Origin: an uncultured Acidobacteriota bacterium
Lineage (GTDB): Bacteria; Acidobacteriota; Terriglobia; Acidiferrales; UBA7541
Length of the DNA: 64,000 nt
Assembly: GCA_963729285.1 (NCBI GenBank)
Contig: CAVSNL010000031.1
Coordinates: forward strand, 12,475 to 76,474
Direction: 5' to 3'
Shown: piece after piece, positions 31,074 to 41,514 of the stretch
Numbering within the stretch: the first letter of the stretch is position 1
Layout of the letters: each line of letters starts with the position of its first letter
Program-made: the position numbers and the translations under genes
The notes under the pieces: model-generated
What the model was told of the DNA's origin: nothing
Seen by the model: the letters and a program-made list of their open reading frames with translations, nothing else
Databases searched by the model: none

Positions 31074-31315
31074 ATGTCGGTAAGCATAACCTCCCGTTAA
31101 ATTATTATAAATAATAACGTTAACCGACCCAAGGGCAACTGCGCTGAGAGCGGCAGGCAGAGGACGGACCACTTAAGCCATTGGACTTCCGCAATTGTGC
31201 AAATGGCACGTATGGCACGCTTTTACCATTGACAGCCAGAGAAGCGCTCTGCCACGATGGCGACTCGCCGCGTAGGGAAAATATTTTCCCGTCTCTTGGC
31301 GGAATGGGTGGTCCG

Positions 31316-32545
31316 ATGAGTGGAAGTGTTATCACATCTCCAACACACGAACCACAGCCTCGCGCCGACGTACCCCTCGATTCGGTTGCTCGCCTTCTGG
31401 ATACGCTGGATAAGTCACTTCTGGTTTCTGCACGCAGTGGACGAATTCTGATGGTCAATTCGCTTGCGCGTAAGTGCCTGGATTCGCTGCAACTCGGTGA
31501 GCCCAGTCGACTGAATCTGTTCAGCGATCTTTTGGAAATGGATCCCAAACGGATTTTCGCGGACATCGAAAATGGCCACCACGAAATCAAACTGGAGCTG
31601 GCTCGGGGCGAGAAGAGGGCCCGCGCCACCATTCAGTGGGTGCCGGAACCCGACTGGTTGGTGGTGAAATTTGAACTGCACACCGAAGCGCACGCCGGCC
31701 CCGATCCGGCGACGCAAATTACCGTGCAAGAGTTGCTACAAGAGCGCGAGATCACCTATCGAAATCTGTTGGCCGCCTATTTGAAATTGCAGGAAGTGAA
31801 CCGCCAGAAAACCGTCTTCCTGGCTTCCGCCGCGCATGAATTAAAGACGCCCCTCGCGGTAATCAAGGGATATTACGATCTGTTGCTCACCAGCTCGCTG
31901 GGACGTTTGTCCGAGAAGCAACGCGACATTCTGGAGGAATCGAAGGAGAGCTGCGAAAGGCTCGTCCGCCTGGTGTCGATGTTCCTGAACTATTCGGCAC
32001 TGGAGAGCGGAAAGCTGGTCTTACAGCTTCGCGAAAACGACTTGCGCGATTGCCTCGATGAACTTTCCAAGCGCTGGCTGGAAGCTTTCCAGCGCAAAGG
32101 CGTTAGATTGGAAGCGTCCTTTGATCCGTCCGTTCCGAACTTTCGCTTTGACTATCAGAAGGTGCAGCAAGCCGCCGCCAATCTTCTGGACAACGCGCTG
32201 AAGCATACGCCAGCGGGGGGATGCGTCACGCTCCGGGCGCTGCCTCATTTCTGGGAACGACGCGTCTCCGAGGCTTCGCCACCCCAGGAACGCCGGCGCT
32301 TCCGTTTGCCGCGTCCGAACAGCGTGGAGGTATCCGTCGCCGATACCGGCCCGGGGATCGCCCCGGAACACCACCAGGAGATTTTCGAGGACTTCGTCCG
32401 CGTGGACCGCAATACTACGGGCATGGGTCTGGGCCTGGCGATCGCCAAGCGCTTGGTGCAAGCGCATCGCGGGAAGATTTGGGTGGAGAGCGAAGCCTCC
32501 AACGGCAGCAAGTTTACGTTTCTATTGCCGATGGATCAGACGTAA
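31316..32545 (+). CDS. Cytoplasmic sensor histidine kinase (PAS-like, HisKA, HATPase)
   Basis: AHELKTPL, NLLDNALKH, DTGPGI and GMGLGLAI motifs. No TM segment. Start uncertain. Confidence 0.92.
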   Translation: MSGSVITSPTHEPQPRADVPLDSVARLLDTLDKSLLVSARSGRILMVNSLARKCLDSLQLGEPSRLNLFSDLLEMDPKRIFADIENGHHEIKLELARGEKRARATIQWVPEPDWLVVKFELHTEAHAGPDPATQITVQELLQEREITYRNLLAAYLKLQEVNRQKTVFLASAAHELKTPLAVIKGYYDLLLTSSLGRLSEKQRDILEESKESCERLVRLVSMFLNYSALESGKLVLQLRENDLRDCLDELSKRWLEAFQRKGVRLEASFDPSVPNFRFDYQKVQQAAANLLDNALKHTPAGGCVTLRALPHFWERRVSEASPPQERRRFRLPRPNSVEVSVADTGPGIAPEHHQEIFEDFVRVDRNTTGMGLGLAIAKRLVQAHRGKIWVESEASNGSKFTFLLPMDQT

Positions 32546-32605
32546 CTGATACGGAGCACGGATAGTTGAACGGCATTAAGTAGTGGTATGCAAAGGGAGA
32601 GGTCA

Positions 32606-34066
32606 ATGGCTGTGAAAGAAAAGATTCTCGTCGTGGATGATGAGCCAAGTATCCGCAAGTATTTGCAAACACTGCTGGAGGTTGATGGGTTCGAGGTCGA
32701 GACCGTCGGCTCTGGTAAGGAGGTCCTCGCTAAAGTCAGCGACGGCGAGCGCCCCGACCTGATCATCCTGGACGTATTGATGCCGGAAATGAACGGCATC
32801 GATACACTCAAGGAACTCCTGCAGCTCGATCGCAGCCTCAACATCATCATGCTGAGTTGCTCGAACGAAGTTGGCACGGTCGTGGAAGCGATCCGCATCG
32901 GCGCGCACGACTACTTGACCAAGCCGTTCGAGAAAAGCGATCTGGATGCGGCGATGCTGAAGTCGCGCCAAAAAAAGAACATGACCCAGGAGAACCAGGC
33001 GCTCCGCGATTACTGCGATCAGGTTACCGAAGATTTGAGTTTCCTGGCGGCCAGCCCGCAGATGGTGCGCATCCGCCAGCAGATTTTGCAGATCGCCCCG
33101 GTGGACGTGCCCGTGTTTATCTGCGGCGAAAGCGGCGTTGGTAAAGAAGTCGTGGCGCGCATGATTCACTTGCGCTCCAAGCGCCGCAACCAGGCTTTCA
33201 TCAAGGTGAACTGCGCGGCTCTTCCCGGCGAATTGCTGGAGTCCGAGTTGTTCGGGTTCGAACAAGGAGCGTTCACCGGAGCCGTCCGCGCCAAGCCCGG
33301 CAAATTTGAACTCGCCAACAAGGGCACCATTTTCCTCGATGAAATCGCGGAAATGAGCACCCACTTGCAAGCGAAGCTGCTGCACGTGCTGCAAGATCAT
33401 CAGTATTCGCGCCTCGGCGGCAGGCACATGGTAGAGACCGATGTTCGCGTGCTCGCGGCCACCAACGTGGATGTCCAGGACGCCATGAAGACCGGCCGCT
33501 TTCGCGAAGACCTTTACTACCGCTTGAACGTTCTCTCGATCCTGGTTCCTCCGCTGCGCGAACGCGCCACCGAGATTCCTCTTCTGTTCCGCCACTTCCT
33601 CGACAAGTACAGCGAGAAATTCGGCAAGCCCGCGACGTCACCGTCAAAGCATCTCCTGGATGCTGCCGCAAACTATCCGTGGCCCGGCAATTTGCGCGAG
33701 CTCGAAAACTTCGTGAAGCGCTACGTGATCCTGGAGGACGACGAGGGCAGCCTGAGAGAATTGATCGAGATGTCTTCAGCCCGCCAGCGGACCTCGCCTC
33801 GCCAGGAGGCCACGATCCCTCGCGAGCAGGGTCTGAAGGCTCTCGTGCGCGGACTGAAAGACGAAGCCGAGATGGAAGCGATCGCCGACGCGCTGGAAAA
33901 GACGCGCTGGTGCCGCAAAGATGCCGCGAAAATGCTAGGCATCAGCTACAAAGCCCTGCTCTATAAAATGCGCCAGTTCAATCTGGATACCCCGCGCACC
34001 CGAAAGACGGCCGTAGCCCCCGCGGTCGAAGAGCCCGCAGGAGTCGGAGCGCTTCGCAACGAGTAG
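32606..34066 (+). CDS. NtrC-family sigma-54-dependent response regulator
   Basis: REC (VVDDE, ILDVLMP, TKPF), GESGVGKE, GAFTGA, FLDEI, WPGNLREL and Fis HTH. Confidence 0.96.
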   Translation: MAVKEKILVVDDEPSIRKYLQTLLEVDGFEVETVGSGKEVLAKVSDGERPDLIILDVLMPEMNGIDTLKELLQLDRSLNIIMLSCSNEVGTVVEAIRIGAHDYLTKPFEKSDLDAAMLKSRQKKNMTQENQALRDYCDQVTEDLSFLAASPQMVRIRQQILQIAPVDVPVFICGESGVGKEVVARMIHLRSKRRNQAFIKVNCAALPGELLESELFGFEQGAFTGAVRAKPGKFELANKGTIFLDEIAEMSTHLQAKLLHVLQDHQYSRLGGRHMVETDVRVLAATNVDVQDAMKTGRFREDLYYRLNVLSILVPPLRERATEIPLLFRHFLDKYSEKFGKPATSPSKHLLDAAANYPWPGNLRELENFVKRYVILEDDEGSLRELIEMSSARQRTSPRQEATIPREQGLKALVRGLKDEAEMEAIADALEKTRWCRKDAAKMLGISYKALLYKMRQFNLDTPRTRKTAVAPAVEEPAGVGALRNE

Positions 34067-34404
34067 TCGGCCCCGCGCGCTTTACCGCGACCAGCTCGGG
34101 CCGTAAGCACGCTGCTCCGCCATTCTCGACTATCGTTCCTTCCGGATGCGGATGGTGACGATGGTCTGGAGTGCGAAATTTTTTCGTAGCGTGAAGCAAA
34201 TGTTTCCTGTATTGTCACCCGAACCGGAAATCCCAAACGACTCGGTCGAGGTTCGTGGTGCGCCCGGCGGAAGGATTTTCGCTAGTTCTGGACTGCTGTC
34301 TCACTCAGGTCGGCAAGGATCCATTAACGTTCGAAAAAGCACGCTGAATTCGGCGAAAGGGGCGCGGCGCATATCATAACCATCGGCCGCGGGCAGAGTG
34401 GAGG

Positions 34405-34752
34405 ATGAGCATAATGACGGAACGTCGCACTGCTCGGCGCTATGACTTGTCGTTACCCGTAATCATCCGAGTCCCAGCGGAACGTTTGCCAGACAGCCAA
34501 AAGGGCAAGACTCGGGACATCTCCACGCGTGGCCTTTACTTCGTTCTCGACCAGGATCTTGAGGCCGGCTCCGAACTCGACATTACCCTGACGCTTCCTG
34601 CGGAAATCACCCATGGGTCCGAAGTCTTTGTACGCGCGCTCGGTAAGGTCGTGCGCGTGGAACGCCGCATGGAAGACGGCAGCGCTCGGATGGGCGTCGC
34701 CGCGGTAATCGAGCGGTACGACATCATCCGTGGAGAGAATGGCAAAGCCTAA
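34405..34752 (+). CDS. Stand-alone PilZ domain protein
   Basis: ERRTARR...DISTRG...GKVVRVE. Confidence 0.9.
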   Translation: MSIMTERRTARRYDLSLPVIIRVPAERLPDSQKGKTRDISTRGLYFVLDQDLEAGSELDITLTLPAEITHGSEVFVRALGKVVRVERRMEDGSARMGVAAVIERYDIIRGENGKA

Positions 34753-35153
34753 AGTGAAGGCACGCCGTTCCACTCTAAAAGTTCCATTCTGAAACTCGTC
34801 CCTTTCGAGTCCAACCGCTCAAGTATTCCCCCATTTTGACTTTACCAACCAGTCCTCAGAATTCACTTCAATGCCGATTCGCATCCGAATAACAAGAAGT
34901 GCGGCAATAGTTTGCCGTTTACGGAGACATTTTTCCGCTCGTTCCGGCGGTCTCTACCGGCTCCCGCGCGGCCTTCTACCTTAGTCCTATGACGGTACCA
35001 ACGGCCACTAAGTTGCTTCCTCAGAATGAGTTAAAAAGGCTGCAGGGGAATTCCCAGGCAACTGTTTTCTGGAGTTCGGCCTCCCCGGGTTTGGTTCCAG
35101 GTATGCAAAGTACTTCAATGTAGGAGTTTAGGCCTTATCCGGGGAGTGCGGGG

Positions 35154-36224
35154 ATGCCTGTCACAGGGGTGGCTAACGCAAAGGCGGTTCCGAAGGCCAG
35201 CGTTCTGCCTTCCGAAGAGATCATTTTCGGCCGATCGGCGGCCATGCAACCAATCCGGCAGATGATCAACAAGGTTCTTGGGACCGACCTGCCGGTCCTG
35301 ATTCAAGGAGAGAATGGGACAGGCAAAGGCCTCCTGGCTCAATATGTTCATGCGCGTTCAAAGTTTGCCTCGGGCGCCTGCGTCAAGGTCAATTGCGCCG
35401 CAATTCCCGGATCGTTGCTGGAAAGCGAGCTGTTCGGTTACGAGAAAGGCGCATTCACGGACGCCCACACGTCGAGGCCAGGCTACGTCGAAATGGCCGA
35501 CAATGGCACCTTGTTTCTCGACGAAATCTCCGACCTCGACCTGAGCCTGCAGGCCAAAACGTTGCAGTTGCTTCAGGATGGACAATTCAGCCGTATTGGC
35601 GACACCCACGAAAGACGCGTCAACACGCGGGTGATCTGCGCTACCAATCGCAAGCTGGAGGACGAGATTATCGCTGGACGCTTCCGGCAGGATCTTTTTT
35701 ACCGAATCAACGTGGTGACCATTAATCTGCCCCCGCTGCGCGAGCGTCGCGAAGACATCCCTGGACTGGCGTATTACTTTCTGGAGCAGCTCAATGCCAG
35801 GTTCGAGCGCGAGGCGCCGCCTTTTCCGGGGGAGGTCCTGGAGGCGCTTACCCGCAAGGAATGGCGCGGCAACATACGCGAACTGGAAAACATGGTGGCG
35901 CGCTATGCGATCATGGGCGCTGTGGACGGTTTCGCGTCCGAGAATACATTGAAGCGGCCATCGACTCCGCCGAAGCTTTCGGTGGACGGTACCGTGTCGC
36001 TAAAGCATATCGCCAAGCAGGCGGTCCGGGAGATGGAAAGCAACTTGATTCTTCAAGTCCTGCGAGAGAACAAGTGGAACCGCCGCAAGGCCGCCAATGC
36101 ATTAAACATCAGCTACCGAGCACTCATCTATAAGATTCAGGAGGCAGGCTTGGCGCAAAGACACCACCGGAAGGGCAACCAGGCACCCGTCGAACCCACG
36201 CAAGCCACCCCGTTGCCGGATTAG
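35154..36224 (+). CDS. Sigma-54 enhancer-binding protein lacking an N-terminal regulatory domain
   Basis: GENGTGKG, GAFTDA, FLDEI, WRGNIREL and HTH. AAA+ domain begins within ~25 residues. Confidence 0.92.
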   Translation: MPVTGVANAKAVPKASVLPSEEIIFGRSAAMQPIRQMINKVLGTDLPVLIQGENGTGKGLLAQYVHARSKFASGACVKVNCAAIPGSLLESELFGYEKGAFTDAHTSRPGYVEMADNGTLFLDEISDLDLSLQAKTLQLLQDGQFSRIGDTHERRVNTRVICATNRKLEDEIIAGRFRQDLFYRINVVTINLPPLRERREDIPGLAYYFLEQLNARFEREAPPFPGEVLEALTRKEWRGNIRELENMVARYAIMGAVDGFASENTLKRPSTPPKLSVDGTVSLKHIAKQAVREMESNLILQVLRENKWNRRKAANALNISYRALIYKIQEAGLAQRHHRKGNQAPVEPTQATPLPD

Positions 36225-36449
36225 AGCCCGTCGGTCGCGGCGCAAGTCACGTCTCCCGTAGGTACTTTCCTGCATCCAATGAGATGGGGGTCAGTGCACT
36301 CGGGCTGGGCAGGTTTGTGGAAAGCTTTTCCATCAAGCCAGGCGAGTCCCGCCGAGCTTGCCCTATGGCCAATTTTTGATGGGTGGGTGAAGTCGCTCAT
36401 AATGCTAATCTTAGGTCGAAGGCTAGTTGTTGTTCTACAGTTAGCGCTA

Positions 36450-36465
36450 TGGTAAGAAACTTGCT
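36450..36465 (+). promoter_or_regulatory. Candidate sigma-54 promoter for the ExeA-like ATPase
   Basis: TGGTAAGAAACTTGCT = GG-N10-GC with TTGC, ~65 nt before TTG 36531. Confidence 0.6.
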
Positions 36466-36530
36466 CACTTCTTGTTTGTATTGGTTTGTCTAGTTTCTGT
36501 ACGTTTTTGCGACCAACGGGAGGAACGGTT

Positions 36531-37466
36531 TTGTACACGGCCTTTTACCAGTTGAAGGAAGAACCGTTTCGCCTTACGCCGGACCCTAGATTCCTGCATC
36601 TAGCCGATCCTCACCGTACTGCTCTCAAGGTTCTTCTTCAGGGTGTTCTTCAACGCAAAGGTTTCACCGTCGTAGCTGGCCCGGTTGGCACCGGCAAAAC
36701 CACGCTGCTCCACACTGCCCTGCAGATCCTCACGGAAAAATCGGAAGGGCGCGGCCGGCTCGTTTCGGCGTTCCTGGTGAATCCGACTCTGGCGCCTTCT
36801 GAGTTGTTAGAAGCGGTCCTTGACGAGTATGAAATCACGTGTACCGCCACCAGCAAACCACGGCGGCTCGCTGCGCTCCACCAGATGCTCTTCCAGACGC
36901 AGCAACAGGGCGGCACGGCGATCCTGTTGATCGACGAAGCGCACCTGATGAGCGTGGAATTGCTCGAAGAAATTCGCCTCCTCGGTAACACCGATACGTA
37001 CCAGGAAAAGCTCTTGCAGATCGTACTGTGCGGCCAGCCGGAGTTGTTCGCTGTGCTGCAACGGCCCGAGTTGCAGGCGCTGCAGCAGAGAATCGCCAGC
37101 ACCTGCCTGCTGCGCCCCTTGAGCCTGCCCGAAACGCGCGCCTACATGGCGGAGCGCCTCCATGCCGCGGGCTTGCGCGGATCGAGTCCCTTTACCGGCA
37201 CCGCTGTCGAGGTCATTCACCGCCTGACCACCGGCGTTCCTCGATTGATCAATCTTTTGTCGGACGCCTGCTTACTGGTCGGCTTTGAATTGAAACGCAA
37301 GCAGATCGATCAGTTTCTCGTCGAGCAAGCGTCAGAAGACGTGCTCGGTCTGTCGAAAGGCCCATTCGCGCCCGGCGGCGCAGCGGGCGCAAATGGAAAG
37401 CCAAAGGCAAGTGGAAAGAAGGGCGCCGGAGCGTCTGTCGGAAGAGAAAGAAATCTCAGAAAATGA
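36531..37466 (+). CDS. ExeA/GspA-like AAA ATPase, true C-terminus may continue in ORF 37393..37704
   Basis: FYQLKEEPFRLTPDPRFL, GPVGTGKT, LIDEAH, LCGQPEL and GVPRLIN. RBS GGAGG. Confidence 0.9.
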   Translation: MYTAFYQLKEEPFRLTPDPRFLHLADPHRTALKVLLQGVLQRKGFTVVAGPVGTGKTTLLHTALQILTEKSEGRGRLVSAFLVNPTLAPSELLEAVLDEYEITCTATSKPRRLAALHQMLFQTQQQGGTAILLIDEAHLMSVELLEEIRLLGNTDTYQEKLLQIVLCGQPELFAVLQRPELQALQQRIASTCLLRPLSLPETRAYMAERLHAAGLRGSSPFTGTAVEVIHRLTTGVPRLINLLSDACLLVGFELKRKQIDQFLVEQASEDVLGLSKGPFAPGGAAGANGKPKASGKKGAGASVGRERNLRK

Positions 37467-37756
37467 TGCTCCTGCGGGTTCCTGGCCGGATGATTCTCCA
37501 TCGGGGGCCCGCGCCGCTGCGGCCTCTGACGCCACGGCAACTTTGGGGGGCACGTCAGGCCTCTCTTCACCGGCGACCGCGACTCTGGTGGCCGACGAAC
37601 GTCGCGCTACGAAGCCCTCACCTCGCGATGGCAACTGGACCCGATCGACCTTCGATTCCCTGATCGACGCCCTGAAGCAAGGCCGCACCGTCGCCCGCGA
37701 GTAGTCACCCGCGACGCGCCACCTCAGCAACCACCTCGAACCTTACGTCTGCGGAC

Positions 37757-37803
37757 GACTCTCCGCGCTCTCTGTGCTCCGGCCTCTGTGCCCTCTGTGT
37801 TAG
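37757..37803. repeat. CTCTGTG/CACAGAG short-unit repeat cluster (also 55509-55613 and 59604-59640)
   Basis: Repeated CTCTGTG units in intergenic regions. At 55509-55613 two arrays face each other as an inverted pair. Confidence 0.7.
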
Positions 37804-37848
37804 ATCTTTTTCTTTCCTTCTCGGGGCCCGCTGCTGCGCGTCTACCTT

Positions 37849-40800
37849 TTAAGCGGGCACTTCCATCAAATCCCCAACCGAAAAATAAGTGCAATCCGGA
37901 TGATGAAACGCCAGCGCGCTCACGCTAGCTTCCGGATCCATCATCATTCCCTCCGTAAGCTGCACGCCGATCTCTTCCGGCCGGAGCAGTTTCCAAAGAG
38001 GAGCCTGGTCGTCTAAATCCGGACATGCCGGATAGCCGAAGCTGTAACGCTTGCCGCGATAGCGCGAAGTAAACCGCTGCGCCATGGTCATCTCCGCCGG
38101 ATCGGGGAAGCCCCAGTCTTCGCGGATACGCCGGTGCAGCCATTCGGCGCAAGCCTCGGCAGTCTCGATCGCCAGCGCTTGCAGTCCGTGCGATTTCAGG
38201 TAGTAGCCGTCGTTTTTGGCCTTTTCCGACCGCTCTCGAACGCCCTCGCCGGCAGTCACCACGAACAACGCCAGGTGATCGCGCTTTCCCTCTTTCGGCG
38301 CGAGTACGTAATCGCTCAGGCACAGGAAGTCACCGCCTCGCTGCCTCTTGAATCGAAACGTGTGCAACGGTTCGGAACCCCCCGGCGCGAACAGTCGTAT
38401 CGCGTCGCCTTCGGGCTCCGCTTCAAAAAACTGCCAGACCGCGCGTACCTTCATGAACGTTGCCGCTTCGCTCTTCACTTCTTCCATGCGCTCAAAGAGT
38501 TCCAGAGCTTTGGGGTCGCGTTGCGCGAGCCGCTTCTCGAAATCGCCCTTGAATCCCAGGTGCCGCCCGAAGAGCATGAATGGATTGATGTAGCTCCACA
38601 CTTCGCGAAGGTCCGGCACCAGCCGCACCTTGCGCTCAAGACTCGCCACGCCCGGAATCGGCAAGTCGGCGCGAACTTTCGGCGAGCGCGCCACTTCGGC
38701 AACTTCCGCCACCCGCACCGTGGTTGACACCTCGAACCCATTTCCCGAAGATGTGTGCGCGCGCACCACCGTTTCCCGCGTCGCCGGGTCCATCAGTTCG
38801 TTCATCAGCCGTAAACCAGTCATCGCGTCTTTCGCGTAGCAGACCGCTTTTCCGTAGCTGGGCGCGATCTTCTGTTGCGTGAACTTGGCCGAAAGCGCCG
38901 CTCCGCCCACCAGCAGCGGGATGACTACCCCGGCTTCCCGCAAGTCGCTCGCGGTAATCACCATCTGTTGCGCGCTCTTCACCAGCAAACCGGAGAGCCC
39001 TATGGCATCCGGCTTGTGCTGCTGATAGGCGCGGATCAAATCATCCGGCGGCACCTTGATGCCCAGGTTCACAACGTCATAGCCGTTGTTCTTCAGAATG
39101 ATTTCGACCAGATTTTTGCCGATATCGTGAACGTCGCCCTTTACGGTCGCGAGCACCACCTTGCCGCGCTTCGCCGTGTCGGCCTTCTCCATGAATTGTT
39201 CCAGGTGGCTCACGCCCGCCTTCATGGCTTCGGCGGACTGCAAGACTTCCGCGACAATCAGTTCGTTCGCGTTGAATAGCCGACCTACTTCGGCCATCCC
39301 GGCCATCAGCGGCCCATTCACGATGTCCAGCGGCGAGACGCCTTCCGCGCGCTTGCGGTCAAGATCCTCAATCAAGCCATCGCGGCTGCCTTCGATGATG
39401 TAGTTGGCCAGGCGTTGGTCCAGCGGCATATCCGCCGCGCGCGTCTTCTCTTTTTTCGTTGCGGTGCGAAAGTGCTCGGCGATCGCGGCGATATGAAATT
39501 GGTTGACCGCGGCGCGTTGCTCTTTGCGTTGCTCGCGCCAGTCCGCGGGAACATCGCGCAACAGCTCAGCTGCCGAATGATCCGCCGGCACATTCGACGG
39601 TGGATGCGAGAACAGCAGGTCTTCCGCCAGCTTGCGCTCGTGATCGGGTATCGACGCAAACCGCTCGATTTTTTCGGTATTGACGATGGCGAGATCGAGC
39701 CCCGCCTTTGTGCAGTAGTACAAAAAGACCGAGTTCACCACTTCGCGCGCGGCCGCCGGCAGCCCAAACGAAACGTTCGAGATTCCCAGAATCGTGCGCG
39801 TATCCGGCAGCGCCTGCTTGATCAACCGGATTCCCTCGATGGTTTCCACCGCGCCGCCGATGTAGTTTTCATCGCCGGTCGCGCAGGGGAACACCAGCGG
39901 GTCGAAAACGATGTCTTCCGGCGCCAGGCCATATTTCTCGGTCAAGAGCTTGTAGCTGCGCTGCGCAATCGCCAGCTTGCGGTCACGCGTAAACGCCTGC
40001 GCCTGCAAGGGATCTTCGTCGATGCAGCCCACCACCACCGCCGCGCCAAAATCGTGCGCGATGGGCACCACGCGCTCAAACTTTTCCTCGCCGTCTTCCA
40101 GGTTGATGGAATTGATGATCGCTTTTCCCTGGCAATAGGTCAGCGCCTGCTCGATCGCCGCGGGATCGGTGGTATCGATCATCACCGGCGCCTTCACCTT
40201 GCGGATCAGCTTTTCGTAAAACGGCGGGATATCCTTTCTTTCGTCGCGATCCGTGCTTTGCAGGCACACATCCACGATCTGCGCGCCGCCCCGCACCTGC
40301 CGCCGCGCAATCTCGCTGGCCTCTTCCCACTTTTCTTCCGCGACTAGATTCTTGAACAGCCGCGAACCGATCACGTTCGTCCGCTCGCCCACCAGCAACG
40401 GCCGCGTGCTGTCATCCGATTCGATCGTCTCAATGCCCGAATAGATCGCGCGATGCGCTTCGGCGGGCCGCTGCCGTGGCTTCTTGCCCTCGACCATTTG
40501 CGCGATGGCGCGAATGTGCTGTTCCGTCGTCCCACAGCAGCCGCCAACGATGTTCAGCCAGCCGTGATCGACAAATTTCTCCAGCTGCGCCGCCAAAGAT
40601 GTCGGCGTCTCCAGATACTTGCCTTCTTCGTCGGGCAAACCCGCGTTCGGATAACAGGAGACAAACTCGCCGGTAAGCTGGCTCAAAGTCCGAATGTGGT
40701 CGGTCATGAACTCCGGCCCCGTCGCGCAATTCATCCCGAACGCCAGCGGCTTGGCGAAACGCAGCGAAGCCCACATCGCCTCAATCGTCTGACCCGCCAG

Positions 40801-41421
40801 CATCGAGCCCATCGCCTCGATGGTCACGGAAATAATCACCGGCACTTGCGTGCCAATTTCCTTCGACAGATTCTGAATGGCCAGCAGCGCGGCCTTGATG
40901 TTGCGGGTGTCCTGCGAAGTTTCCACCAGCAGCAAATCCGAGCCGCCTTCAACCAAGCCTTTTGCCTGCACGTAATAAGCTTGGCGCAGTTCCTCGAAGG
41001 TCACGCCGCCGGTAACGGTGATGGCCTTGGTAGTCGGACCCATGGATCCGCCCACAAATCGGGGTTTCCCCGGTGTGCTGGCCTCATCCGCCGCTTGCCG
41101 CGCTAACTCCGCTGCCCGGCGGCTCAATTCGTAGGCATCCGCCGCCAAGCCGTACTCGGCCAGAACGATCGACGCGGACCCAAAGGTATTGGTCTCAACG
41201 ATATCCGAGCCCGCCTCGAAGTATTTGCGGTGGATATCCAGGACCACATCTGGCCGCGTCCGCACCAGGTTCTCGTTGCAGCCCTCCAGCGCAGCTCCGC
41301 CGAAGTCCTCGGCAGTCAGCTGGCGTTGCTGCAGCATCGTGCCCATGGCGCCGTCGAGAACCAGAATGCGCTGGTTCAGCAGCGTGCGTAAGGCTTTCGC
41401 AGAATCGGTCAGATTGCGCAT
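37849..41421 (-). CDS. metH: Cobalamin-dependent methionine synthase
   Basis: LDGAMGT, GGCCGTT, GERTN, GDVHDIGKN and RYSFGYPACP motifs. Confidence 0.98.
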   Translation of the reverse strand: MRNLTDSAKALRTLLNQRILVLDGAMGTMLQQRQLTAEDFGGAALEGCNENLVRTRPDVVLDIHRKYFEAGSDIVETNTFGSASIVLAEYGLAADAYELSRRAAELARQAADEASTPGKPRFVGGSMGPTTKAITVTGGVTFEELRQAYYVQAKGLVEGGSDLLLVETSQDTRNIKAALLAIQNLSKEIGTQVPVIISVTIEAMGSMLAGQTIEAMWASLRFAKPLAFGMNCATGPEFMTDHIRTLSQLTGEFVSCYPNAGLPDEEGKYLETPTSLAAQLEKFVDHGWLNIVGGCCGTTEQHIRAIAQMVEGKKPRQRPAEAHRAIYSGIETIESDDSTRPLLVGERTNVIGSRLFKNLVAEEKWEEASEIARRQVRGGAQIVDVCLQSTDRDERKDIPPFYEKLIRKVKAPVMIDTTDPAAIEQALTYCQGKAIINSINLEDGEEKFERVVPIAHDFGAAVVVGCIDEDPLQAQAFTRDRKLAIAQRSYKLLTEKYGLAPEDIVFDPLVFPCATGDENYIGGAVETIEGIRLIKQALPDTRTILGISNVSFGLPAAAREVVNSVFLYYCTKAGLDLAIVNTEKIERFASIPDHERKLAEDLLFSHPPSNVPADHSAAELLRDVPADWREQRKEQRAAVNQFHIAAIAEHFRTATKKEKTRAADMPLDQRLANYIIEGSRDGLIEDLDRKRAEGVSPLDIVNGPLMAGMAEVGRLFNANELIVAEVLQSAEAMKAGVSHLEQFMEKADTAKRGKVVLATVKGDVHDIGKNLVEIILKNNGYDVVNLGIKVPPDDLIRAYQQHKPDAIGLSGLLVKSAQQMVITASDLREAGVVIPLLVGGAALSAKFTQQKIAPSYGKAVCYAKDAMTGLRLMNELMDPATRETVVRAHTSSGNGFEVSTTVRVAEVAEVARSPKVRADLPIPGVASLERKVRLVPDLREVWSYINPFMLFGRHLGFKGDFEKRLAQRDPKALELFERMEEVKSEAATFMKVRAVWQFFEAEPEGDAIRLFAPGGSEPLHTFRFKRQRGGDFLCLSDYVLAPKEGKRDHLALFVVTAGEGVRERSEKAKNDGYYLKSHGLQALAIETAEACAEWLHRRIREDWGFPDPAEMTMAQRFTSRYRGKRYSFGYPACPDLDDQAPLWKLLRPEEIGVQLTEGMMMDPEASVSALAFHHPDCTYFSVGDLMEVPA

Positions 41422-41514
41422 CCGCTCGAAAAAGCTCCTCCTGACTTCCTGGTATTGTCGGACTTCCCGATGCCCTGTGAGAGGTGGGAGCCAGCAGAGA
41501 AGGCCGCACGTGTT

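Noticed and set aside
31203-31230. Tandem TGGCACG as a sigma-54 promoter for the kinase
   Set aside because: No GC at the required -12 spacing after either copy.
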